From: Podarcis pityusensis
Taxonomy: Eukaryota
Direction: 5' to 3' (one strand)
Length of the DNA: 64,000 bases
Assembly: GCA_964106645.2 (NCBI GenBank)
Contig: OZ067044.1
In this document: positions 1-10,739 of the stretch, piece by piece
Numbering within the stretch: the stretch's first letter is position 1
Layout of the letters: each line of letters starts with the position of its first letter
Translations under genes and position numbers: made by a program
The notes under the pieces: model-generated
What the model was told of the DNA's origin: nothing
Databases searched by the model: none
Seen by the model: the letters and a program-made list of their open reading frames with translations, nothing else

Positions 1-896
1 AACTGCCAACTTTTGCTACTCCTCTTGGGGAGTTTTTAAAACACTTCATCTACCTCCCTTGCATTTTCTTCAGCAGAGCAGTATCCAGCCCAAGGCACTC
101 CAGCACACCTCACTCCTCTGGGGTGAAAACAGCCCCCCCCCCAGTTGCGCAGCACACAGCTGCAGAAGCTACAGACCTGCGGCTGCTTCCCATGCTAACC
201 AACTGCATTCATTAAAAGCAATTTCATAAGCCGCTTCTGTTCCACAGGGATTAATCCCAAGAGAGATTCTCTGTAGGTTAATTAATACAAGCTGCGGCTA
301 GGGGATAGTTCAGAAAGAAGCCTAATTCTTCGTCCTCTCCTGGGAAACACAAGCAGTTCCTCTCATCTAAAAGTGATTGTGTGGCAATGAACACAATATA
401 GATAGTCTTGGAACCTGAATAAAACCTCAGTCAATTCTGTAACTCAAATGTGATTTTGGGGTTCTATTTATTTCAGCAACCAGTAAGCTAATGCAATCCT
501 GGTATACATTTAGGTGGCAATCCTATACCCACTTACCTGGGACTTGGGAGTAAACCGCTTTGAACTCGCTAATGAGTTGACATTCATTTAAATTCTTTAT
601 TTATTATTTTTTATTAATGAGTCGACATTCAAATAACTGCACTGCTCGCTCTATTAAAACACACAGGTTTTTAATTTTACTTTAAAAAATGCCCATAAGA
701 AAGTGAATCTGCTATTACAGAACTGGAGAACAGGGGGCGAGGATGGGGCATTGGGCAACGTCCCCTTGCTCTAGAAATTCAGTTGCTTTTCCTATCCCTC
801 TTCATTTTTCATCCCACCTTTTTGCCTGCCTAGGCCCTAACTTCTTATTCATAACAGTGTTCACCCAAAGTAGGTCAGGATACCATTTGTCTATGC

Positions 897-1037
897 CAGG
901 GATAGCTAAGGTGGTTTTTGCTCTGGATGCTGTTAGGCTCCAACTCCCATTGGTCCTTGCCAGAATGGCCAAGACTCAGGAATTGTGGGACTTGAGATGC
1001 AGCAACATCTGAAAGGTACCATGTTGGTCAGTCCTGG
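897..1037. mobile_element. Degenerate palindromic hAT-type MITE
   Basis: caggg...ccaactcccat...tgtgggacttg...cctg; decayed relative of the ~135-bp palindromic family. Confidence 0.5.
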
Positions 1038-1356
1038 TATATGCTGACTAAAAGACTCACTGCAGTCAAAATATGCCCCCTTTCAAAAACTGAATATATA
1101 TTAAAAACCCCAGACATGTAATATATGAAACGCAGCATACTTTTAAAAGGAGGCTATCAAATAAATGGCTCCTGGGGAAAGTTTAATCATCAATGAATTG
1201 AAAGGAGATATTCTGTTGTAGATATGATGAACAACGCTGCTCTCCCTCCTATACAACATATCAATAATGTGGAACATATGTATGCTTTAAAAACCTTTAG
1301 AACCACAAGCTCACAAGGGGGCGGAGAAGGAGGAAGGAAGAGAAATTCATGGTTTA

Positions 1357-1574
1357 CAGTGCTACCTCGGGTTACAGACGCTTCAGGTTACAGACTCCGC
1401 TAACCCAGAAATAGTACCTTGGGTTAAGAACTTTGCTTCAGGATGAGAACAGAAATCGCGCGGCAGGGGCAGCGGGAGGCCCCATTAGCTAAAGTGGTAC
1501 CTCAGGTTAAGTACAGTTTCAGGTTAAGAACAGACCTCCAGAACGAATTAAGTTCTTAACCCGAGGTACCACTG
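1357..1574. mobile_element. Tc1/mariner (pogo/Tigger-like) MITE, ~220 bp, copy 1
   Basis: TIRs CAGTGCTACCTCGGGTTA / TAACCCGAGGTACCACTG, flanked by TA on both sides. Confidence 0.9.
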
Positions 1575-3064
1575 TACCGAAGTCATATTTTGCTTCCTGT
1601 AATGGGCTGTTTGACATAAAACTTCCAGGATGTAAGGAGCCTGGCATAAAACTGGCCAGTGAGGAGGGGAAAGACATTAATGGGCCATGATAAAGACTCC
1701 CAGGGAGAAATGGGGACGTAACACAGGCACAGCTTCTGAGTACTATTGCCCTGTAGGCATCTGAGACTTGCTTAACATCTATAAGGCAGCAGCCATAGTT
1801 CCTGGTGGTACTCACTGGTATGCAGTACCGGCACTTTTTCCTCCAAATCCTGGCTTCTAAACTGACAGTGTGAGGAGGGAACACCTTTTCTCTAAATTGC
1901 AGGTGGCAGGGGGAAGGCTAAGGCAAGACACACCTAGAAGGCCACTTTAAGGAGCTCCTGGGCTGCAGCAGCGTTTGAAATGGGCTTCCCGGCTCACATC
2001 CTTAGCCATTATGCAACAAAAATGCTGTCTCTCTTAAACTGAAAAGGTTGTGCCAGACTATGCACTCAGCAGACATTTCAAACACAAGACAAAATAGTGA
2101 TCTACCAAGTCGAGATTTCAACTAGTTAATCAAACAGTCAAACAAAAACAAAACAAACCACATCCACTAGGAGACTAGCTGCTACTACAGAAAACATGAC
2201 TGATACAGAAGGGACCCAAAGCCCTAGAATCTACAGGAAACGTAAATTAAACCCACATTTTAATCGTATCTCTCTAAACGACTTGCTCTAAATTCTGGAA
2301 GCGTCCCTTGTGAGAAACACAGCTGGTGGAGTATTTTAAGTAAGATGATGTCAGCTAGATTTTGATAGGCTCCTGCATAAGGTGACACTTAAATGGAGGT
2401 CATCATCCTTTCTACCAGACGATGGCACTCTCCACTCCTGAAAGGAAAGCTTTCCTGACGTGCCACTTTTACTGATGGTATTTGTGAGCATGAAGAGAAG
2501 ACACCGGCATCTGCCTCCCCACCTCTGCTGCTGCTGCAGAGGTGACAGCATCAATATGCTAGTACAACAACATTAAAAGACATGGAGGGGATGGGCTAGG
2601 CTGAAACTTATCATATGGTTTTCACAGATACGGCTGATTTTTTGGTTGTACATTTCTCTGTAAGTGAAAACACAACTTTCCATTGAATGGTACAGCTTAT
2701 TATAGGTCCAGGAGAAGAATTTCATACGGCAGCATCCTCATGAGTGAACAGGGCAAGTTCTGCAGCTGCTAAAGGGAGAAGAACTTATCTCTTGGGAAAA
2801 TGTTGACAATCCTAATTTAGAGGTCCATTGTTACATCCACACACATTAAGGAACCTTGAAACTTTTAGTCACTCGGCAACCACTTCTACTTTGCAACATA
2901 TGCCATTGCTCTTCCTCAGTTATTAAGCCACTGGAATGCCATTTTGAAAATCTCTTCCACACTACCACGTGCTAGCCCTCCTGTGCTCCTAAGAGACTTA
3001 GACATTGTGAGAAAGGATATCCAGTCAACTGAATAGCCCCTCCTTTCCCCAGCCCATTTATTAC

Positions 3065-3297
3065 CTGTGCTCGGTGCTCTCCAACTGCAAACTGTATCAT
3101 GGCAATGCCTGGAGTATGGCTGTCATCAACCCTTTCCACGGTGCTGGAGTCTATTTTCAGGTCACTGCTAATTTCTGCACTCTGTATAAAGTCTTCTGTT
3201 TTCAAATCTTCTACCTTCTTCAGCTCTCCGTTGGCCAACTGAATGATAGACCCTTTCATGAAGTAAGGAGGCAGTGTAGAAGGAGCAGCTGCTGAAG
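3065..3297 (-). other. ATXN1: N-terminal part of the AXH (ataxin-1/HBP1) domain
   Basis: SAAAPSTLPPYFMKGSIIQLANGELKKVEDLKTEDF...FAVGEHRAQ matches the AXH domain start. The domain is split by the intron. Confidence 0.9.
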
Positions 3298-4945
3298 AAG
3301 GTACAGGCTGGATCAGGGGGAGGTGGATCTGGGCCTGCACGACGGCTGCCTGGTAAGCTGGTTGACTTGCTAGCGACTCAGCGTTGAAATTCTCGCTTTT
3401 TGGAATGGCGGTTGTGACAAACGTGTGAGGCACTGCTGCCAACTGGGGAGATGAAGTGGCGATAGCAGGAGGAACCCCTGTTGAGTCGAGATCTGCATTG
3501 CCTACCGGTATTAGGAGGGGCTGAGTGCCTGGGATCACCAGGTGCTGTGGCAGATTTCCAGGATAGCCAAAGGCTTGCTGTTGACTGCTTAGGTAGCCAA
3601 TTACCGGTGGCTGAGTCCCAGTGTAGAAGGCCGCAGCAGGCAACCCAACGGGGAGGTGCTCTGAGGCGCTGTGGGTGGTCTGAATGACTGTGTGAGGGGA
3701 CAAAGTGGCAACTGCTTTCACCCCTTCGTGGCCCATAGTCTGTTGCGGAGATAAAGCATAGGATCGGTGGGCTGTTTTTCCTAAGTGCAAGCTTCCCTTT
3801 TCGTTGAGGGCCAAGGGAGGTGTTTCTCTATTGGTGGCTTGTTGGACCTCCATGTCTGCAGTAGGTGTGCTGCTATTGGGAACAACCATAACAGAGGACC
3901 GGACACTGGTGGAATCGCGTGCAATATAATCAGCAGGACCCGAATGGACCACCACGTGCCTGGCCTCATAATGATGAGGAGATGGTTTATTGCCTGATTT
4001 GACGAGACTCACTTCTGAGGATGGGGAGATGCCGTAACGCCTGCTCTTCTCTATTTCCCCGTTCAGTATTTCTTTTGCTTGCATAGCCTGCAGCCTGCCG
4101 CTCTCAGACTTCTTGGAGGACTCCCGAGTGACAAAATGGCCGCCAGAATCTGCATATTGCACCACCACCTGGGAGGAGGGGCCAAGGGCAAACGCATGAG
4201 GAATCACTGCCTGGTGTGGATGCAAATGGACTGGGATGGCTGGAGGAGAGACGTTCCTAACTGAGCCTTGTGGAGAGCTGGAAATGTGGACGTACTGGTT
4301 TTGCTGGGTCGGTGGAGGGGACCCTGCTGTGATCAACCCGGGCGCCCGAACGAGATGTGGCTCAACTTTGTGCCCTTGCTGGTTTAGGTTGCTCATGCTG
4401 GCCAGCAAAGTGGAATAAGCCTCCAGCTGAGAACGCTGGGATGGAGTTGTGGCAACAGCAGTGGCAGAGGCCGCCGTGCTGGTTGCAGAATTGGCTGTCG
4501 GGGAAATCAGTGGGGAGGGGATGAATCCGGCGTATGGTCCGCTATACGGGGGCCCTACAAACTGGAAAGTGTGCTGCAGGTGTGCGTACTGCACTGGGGA
4601 GACAGGTGTCCCGGCCTGAGAAAGTGCAGGCGGGTACACTGTGGTGGTGGTGGCTGGAACAGACCTAGGAGCGCTAGGTGGGGAATAATCTACTCCTGCA
4701 GACAGCGATTTGTGTAAACCTATTCCATGTTGTGAACCAGCTTCCGCCGAGGTCCCTCCAGGCCTGCCTCTCCCACCCAGGCTGCTCTGGCTGCTGACTG
4801 TGCTGGAGAGCCATGTTAAGTTGTCCGCTCGGTGGTTTTCACTGGCCAGAACTAACGGCTTCACCTCGGAAGGCAGGCTGGTGGCAGGGATCTCTCGCTT
4901 CTTGGGCGGCAGGCTTTCGTTGCTCCTCTCCTGGTTGGATTTCAT
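3065..4945 (-). CDS. ATXN1: Ataxin-1, first coding exon (codons 1-627, ends within AXH domain; CDS continues in an exon outside the window)
   Basis: Translation begins MKSNQERSNESLPPKKREIPATS and includes SQRSQLEAYSTLL, QQNQYVHISSSPQ and LPPYFMKGSIIQLANGELKKVEDLKTEDFIQSAEIS...QFAVGEHRAQ, all typical of ataxin-1. Phase-0 donor CAG|GTAATA at 3065/3064. The last 30 aa of the 657-aa track ORF are intron read-through. Confidence 0.97.
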
Positions 4946-5102
4946 TTTTCACCGGCCCCTGCCCTCCGCTTCTGTGGCTTCACTGCCTGGCTGGCTCCGA
5001 TTTCAGTCTGCTAAGTGGAAAGTCACATTTGATTTCTGAAGGGGATCCAGAGACTTCATGAGGAATCATCTCCCTGTGAGCACACTCCGCCAACAAGCTG
5101 CT
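4946..5102 (-). other. ATXN1: 5'UTR portion of the large ATXN1 exon
   Basis: Lies between the acceptor (ccctccag|AGCAGC at 5103/5102) and the ATG at 4945 (AAAATGA context). It resembles the human ATXN1 UTR segment as I recall it. Confidence 0.85.
4980..5069 (-). CDS. Upstream ORF, 29 aa (MIPHEVSGSPSEIKCDFPLSRLKSEPARQ), candidate conserved microprotein
   Basis: ATG at 5069-5067 (G at -3) and TGA at 4982-4980, 34 nt before the main ATG. The frame is also open back to the exon start (11 more codons, phase 0). Confidence 0.55.
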   Translation of the reverse strand: MIPHEVSGSPSEIKCDFPLSRLKSEPARQ

Positions 5103-5171
5103 CTGGAGGGAGAGGGAGAGGAAGAGAGAAAAAGAAAGGGAGAAGGGTAACATTAACATCAAAACATTAGC
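5103..5171 (-). promoter_or_regulatory. Splice acceptor: branch-point candidate, long polypyrimidine tract and CAG
   Basis: Minus strand reads gctaatg...gttaatgttacccttctccctttctttttctctcttcctctccctctccctccag|. Confidence 0.85.
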
Positions 5172-5454
5172 AGTAAGGGAAAAATAAAAGAAAATGAATA
5201 TTAAAATCAGGAGCAGTGCATTTGTTCAGAATTTCAACTAGTAGGTCTACAGCCATGCCGTAAAAAACAAAACAAAAAACCAAGAGGATGCTGTATGCTG
5301 CAATTAAGACACTAGGTTAATCAAAATTTATTTCCCCCCTCAACACATACCTGGAGGCAGAATTTTCAAGGGTGAATCCCTTAGGATGCTATCCCAGGCA
5401 CATTTACAGTAAACATAATATACTATCAGGTTATTGTCCTCTTCCTCATAAGAG

Positions 5455-5815
5455 CATAAGGCTATCAATGGTTACTAATATTGGTGTTGATGTATTAACT
5501 ACACCAGTGTTTCCCAAACTTGGGTCTCCAGCTGTTTTTGGACAACAACTTCCATCATCCTTGACCACTGGTCCTGCTAGCTAGGGATGATGGGAGTTGT
5601 AGTCCAAAAACAACTGGAGACCCAAGTTTGGAAAGCAGTGACCTACACAGTCATAGGCAGTTTGCCTCTGAAGACTAGCTGCTGGGGATCATGTGGGGAG
5701 AGAGTGCTGCTGCACCTGTATCCTGCTTGCGGGCTTCCCCCAGACACCTGGCAGGCCACTGTGAACACAGGATGCTGTACTAGATGGGCCTTTGGTCAGA
5801 TCCAGAAGTCCTTTT
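5455..5815 (+). mobile_element. CR1-type LINE 3'UTR fragment, interrupted by a MITE
   Basis: aaggctatcaatggttacta...gggcttccccagacacctggcaggccactgtgaacacaggatgctgtactagatgggcctttggtcagatccag is typical of squamate CR1 3' ends. Confidence 0.7.
5505..5640. mobile_element. Palindromic hAT-type MITE (~135 bp)
   Basis: Long TIRs cagtgtttcccaaacttgggtctccagctgttttt / aaaaacaactggagacccaagtttggaaagcagtg. 8-bp TSD aactacac/acctacac. Confidence 0.9.
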
Positions 5816-8180
5816 CCATTTTCACTCTCAGGAAATCATTATATACTCAACAAAGCATGTAGCCTAAATCTCTGGATTGCAGCATTATTCACATACTACA
5901 TGAAGTGCATTAACGGATAAAACATGCACAGTACATGAACAACTATGGCTTTTAGTGTACGATATATACAAACAGATTTAGGGTAATTGGCATAATTTCA
6001 TATTGAGGCACAGAGATGATGAAGGTAGTGAAAGGAGTAAGGATGTACTCTGTAAAAAGAAAAAAAAAGCACCTCTCCTCAAACAATAAGACAGGTTCAT
6101 CTTTGTGAAATTACCACAGAAAGCAGAGAAAGATGATGCAAACACCTGAAAGATCACAGCATTGTGCTTGAGTTAGAATTGCAAGTTTGCCATTTCTCTT
6201 TCCCTACAAACCTCCCCATTCAAATTGATTCCAGGATTCTTTTGGGCGGGGAGTGTTGAATAACACAGTGTGCTTCTGAAATGGCACTGAACAGTCAGTA
6301 TTCTACCATTCCTTCTGTTTTCATTAGTAGGTTTTGACTACTGTACATGCACAGTTAGCAGTAGTTTTCAATAAACGTCTCTCCCTGTCCCACCATTCCA
6401 CAGTTTTACCAATGTGCAGAGGCACACAGGGACACTGATTTAAGAACTGCAGAAAATGAATCCTGATGTGATCCTACAATAGCACGAAGATTCCTTTTTA
6501 TGCAGTGTATGATGCACATGAAACTGATTCAAAAAATACTAATTTTTCATTTAGTAGACTTATTTCCTGCTCCCTCCCCAAGAGTACATATTTTTTAAAT
6601 TCACAACTTTAAACTGGAAGACAGGCAGAACCAACCCATGTAGCAACAAAGTGAGAGAATTACTCTTATGAGCAGATAGCATAAAGTCAAGGATAGGTCT
6701 TTATTTATCAATATTTCAAATACTGGCTGCTACAGGTGCTGAAATGTCTCCTCCTCTTCCCCCACCTCTTTGGCATATTCACAGGAGAAGGGCCCTTACA
6801 GGAGCTTACTTTTGGATCCCTACAATCTGCATCAGTATGCACAGGTCAAACTCACCTGCATGGTTAAAATTACATAATATGACAAACTCCCACGTTCTGT
6901 TCCCTTATATCTTAGTAACAAATGAACTGTGCGCTACAGATGCTGTGTGGATTGTGCTCTGCATAGGAGCAGGGCACTTACAAGGGACCGGGAACTGCTC
7001 TGCCCAAGGAAGAAGATCCAACAAATTTCAAGGGGTAAAACCACGTGATGCATTAGGACTAAAACAGCAGCTGTAAAATTCAGATCTGAATGTTCGCAGT
7101 TACGTTGGCATCCTCCCTTACAGGATGATTCTGTTTTCCATACTGTGACAGATTTGAAGTGTGGGATGGCAGAGAAAGACTGCCTGCCTCTCTGTGTGTG
7201 TTGGTATGAGTATCTTTCTGTTCCTGTGTACTACAGGCAAGCTGTAGTACATGGGTCAGACGAGTATGTCATAAGAAAGGAGGCCCCTTTCTCTCAAGAT
7301 CTCCTTCTCAGGGTTGCTTGTATATTGAGACCTGGCTTAGACTCAAGAAGCAGTGCTTGAATTACAGGAGGACAGAGGGGTCTTACTCTCTTAAGTTAAG
7401 CATTTTAGAAGAATACAAGGAGAGCATAATCTGGGTAAAATTGAGGAGAGGACAACCCTTACTTCCCCCCTCATAATTTGAACACTGCCCAAAAGGACAG
7501 AGGGAAACACCCCGATAGTGATAAGTGGCAAAACTGGGGGGGGGGGGGATATCTACCTGGGGTAATGTTCCAAAGTGCAAATACATTATTTTGCTTCTTC
7601 TTCTTTTGAATAAGCATTTTAATCACTTTTTCAACTCAGAAGATTACTTCCCCTGTGTGCCCTTTAGATAACATAAGCTTCATTCATTCTTTAATTTCCG
7701 AACAAAATACATTCTGGTCCAATAACATAAATTCATATGATTTTTCTTTGGGTGGCAGTGAGTATGTGCAATGTCTGTACCTGGAAGTTTATCCTTGTGG
7801 TGATCCCTGCTTACTTAAAATTGAGGACCAAGATATTAAACCAGGTAATCATAGTTGACACTAGTACAGATAGGAGAATGCTCCAGAACTGAAGCATAAT
7901 CCCTCCCTGTACAAACACATAGACACAGCACTCAAGCTTGGGTATGATTTATCGTTTCAGCTTAGCATTAAACTAGAAAAAGTGTTTCAGGAAGGATATT
8001 CCATGTTACTGTCCTAAGTAACCTAGCATCATACGAAGCCATCCATTCCAGTCTCAAGTCCACAGAAAAAAAATATACAGCTGATAGTTAAAGCATTCCA
8101 GATTACTGGATGTTAGGCTAACCTCAACTTGCTCATTATGGGTTTTTGCATGACTCAACAACTCTATGCTTTATGTTCAC

Positions 8181-8411
8181 GGGGTGGGATTCACCTAATC
8201 AGTGGAAGTCCTGCACAAAGACTTCTGCTTGCACAACAGGGCTTGGCCCCCTTCCCCATGCCCCCCCTCCAAATTCATTCTGGGGAGGCTGGGAGAACCC
8301 CCAGAACAGTGGGGGGGGGGAGGGGAGGAGAGGAGAACTGGTCCATCTAGCAAAGGTTGCAATACTTGCACAGATGGAACCATTGGAAGGGTGCAATGCT
8401 GAATTCCTCTC
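8181..8411. mobile_element. Degenerate palindromic MITE-like repeat
   Basis: Ends ggggtgggattcacc / gctgaattcctctc with mirrored C-rich and G-rich halves. Weak relatives near 45282 and 63780-63890. Confidence 0.4.
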
Positions 8412-10323
8412 ATGTTTTCTGAGAGAGGCGTAATGTTCCCTATTTCTAAGTGACCTTGTAGGCAAGTCAGGGCTCCTCAGTCATCAAAGGTTTACTGAAC
8501 TGTCACTCTTGGAATACAGGAGTAGGAGGCATTGCTCAGCCCAACCTAACCACATCTGCTGTTGCCACAAGTCTTACAATCAGTCTGCAATAAGCCTTTT
8601 GCAGTAGATTATGATAATCTACCGGGAAGAAAAAAAGACAGTTAAGGGTAGATAAAGGTTATAAGAATGGAGTAGGGTAACACAATGAGGCTGAATAGTT
8701 AAAGAAACATGCTAAAAATAAACCTTGGGATCAAGTATTTCAGACCATTTCTTGCTTGCTTCAGCAAATTACTGCTCTAGAAAAGCTTGTTTTAGTAAGC
8801 ATGGGAAATCTATTACTACTGCTTCCTGCATTAAAAAAGAAAAGAAACCAGCCAAGGTAGTAAAGAGTATTTTCACATTATTTTGTTAACCCTCTGTTGA
8901 CAGGTATGGTTAAACGGCCCCCAAGAGTACTGAAAATAAAATGAATAAAACTTTTGTTATCAGTCTCTCACAACTCTATGTTCCAGATATTCCTCAATCA
9001 TGACAGGGACCAAACTAACCTGTTGTGTTGTTGTTTTTTTAAGAGGAAAGGGCCTCCTAAATTTACTGAAAATTTGATATTATTTTTGCAAAATTTGGGT
9101 TCAGTTCTACTCCTATTGAAGTTATGGAGAAAACTGAAAAAAGCATAAGAATAAAGGTGCTGGGTCAAAGAGACCTTGCAAAATGCTGTTTAAATTTTTT
9201 TTAGTGTAAAGATGTGTAAAGATGTATACCCCAAACCTGTTATTCCATCATTTTGTGCCATGCTTACTACTGTGCCCCAAAACTGCATCTGCAAATGTTT
9301 GCAAGCGATCTGCGCCCTCATCTCAGGAGGTGACCAAGGTCAGTGGCTATCTTTAATCAAGGACTTTTAGATAACTGCATTGCTCTGTTCACAGAAAGGT
9401 ATTTACAAAATGCATTGTTGAGTGTTTCCTACCCTTAGCTATAATTGCAACCAGACAGTTCCAGCAAACTCAAAATCTAGGCCCAACAGCGGTTGAGAAG
9501 CTAACAACACATTTGCATGGTTCCAGACAGAACCTAACAACTAGTTACAGGATTAGCTAATGAAAAAAATCCTGACCGCCGTTGCACATTGCAAAAAGTA
9601 AACTAGAAATTCCTCAATGCGTTCCTTTCCCACAAATCCAGAAATGTAAGTAGAAGCATTTTGGGTTTCTAAGAAGATTTAACACTTGTATAATATGTGC
9701 GAAAAGTAGGATTGACAATACCTCTTCTTTGTTCAGTGCACAGCAATCTCAGTCTAGAATTTGAAGTCTCAAAGCACTCTTTATATAAGAAAACTAAAAA
9801 TGGCATAGACATCTGTGATCTGATGGTCTTCCAAATGGCATCCCCCCCCCCAAGGATAATGGGCAATGCCCATTTAAAAGCCTAAGTTTTTGCAACCAGA
9901 ACAACCCACAACAGATAGAGCATCCCAAATAGACCTGGATCTGGACTTGATCAAACTCTGGGTTGAATCTAGAAACATAGCTACCTTGCCTAGGGTGTCA
10001 ATAGGGTTAGTCTCTGAACTGATAGGGCATGCCACACCAGGAAAAGAAGAAAGTATCTTGCAGAAAATTTCAGCAACATTGTGCTCTATGTAATAGTTTG
10101 TTTGACCTACGCAAGAGTTGTGAAGTGCGGCGATTCTGCATGGGCTGCCTAAATAGCAAGTGCTATGTGTGTAAAGTCATGTGAGATTTTTGTTGCTGTT
10201 ACTTATTTAAGTGTTTTAAAAATGTTATATGTATGCATGTCAGAGGTACAACATTTTATCTTATGTTTAAAGAACTGTGTGGTCATCCCACACCCTGTTC
10301 TTGGAGGTTTATGTACTTTACAT

Positions 10324-10739
10324 TGTTGTTGTTTAGTCGTTCAGTCGTGTCCGACTCTTCGTGACCCCATGAACCAGAGCACGCCAGGCACTTCTGTCTT
10401 CCACTGCCTCTCGCAGTTTGGTCAAACATGCTGGTAGCTTCGAGAACACTATCCAACCATCTCGTTCTCTGTCGTCCCCTTCTCCTTGTGCCCTCCATCT
10501 TTCCCAACATCAGGATCTTTTCCAGGGAGTCTTCTCTTCTCACGAGGTGGCCAAAGTACTGGAGCCTCAGCTTCAGGATCTGTCCTTCCAGTGAGCACTC
10601 AGGGCTGATTTCCTTAAGCATGGATAGGTTTGATCTTCTTGCAGTCCATGGGACTCTCAAGAGTCTCCTCCAGCACCATAATTCAAAAGCATCAATTCTT
10701 CAGCGATCAGCCTTCTTTATGGTCCAGCTTTCACTTCCA
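10324..10739 (-). mobile_element. 5'-truncated RTE-BovB LINE (ORF C-terminus, 3'UTR and (CAA)n tail)
   Basis: Translation LRVPWTARRSN.S.LKEISPECSLEGQILKLRLQYFGHLVRREDSLEKILMLGKMEGTRRRGRQRTRWLD is the BovB C-terminus. Tail acaacaacaa. 10-bp TSD tactttacat at 10314-10323 and 10740-10749. Confidence 0.95.

Noticed and set aside
2972-3064. Last 30 aa of the 657-aa ORF as the true ataxin-1 C-terminus
   Set aside because: Similarity ends at GEHRAQ exactly at a GT donor. The real protein continues with the rest of AXH and the NLS in a downstream exon.
3074-5061. Plus-strand ORFs antisense to the ATXN1 exon
   Set aside because: Short shadows of a GC-rich coding strand with no recognisable protein.
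5103-5162. N-terminal MMLMLPFSLSFSLFLSLSLQ of track ORF 4980..5162 as a signal peptide
   Set aside because: It is the translated polypyrimidine tract of the intron.
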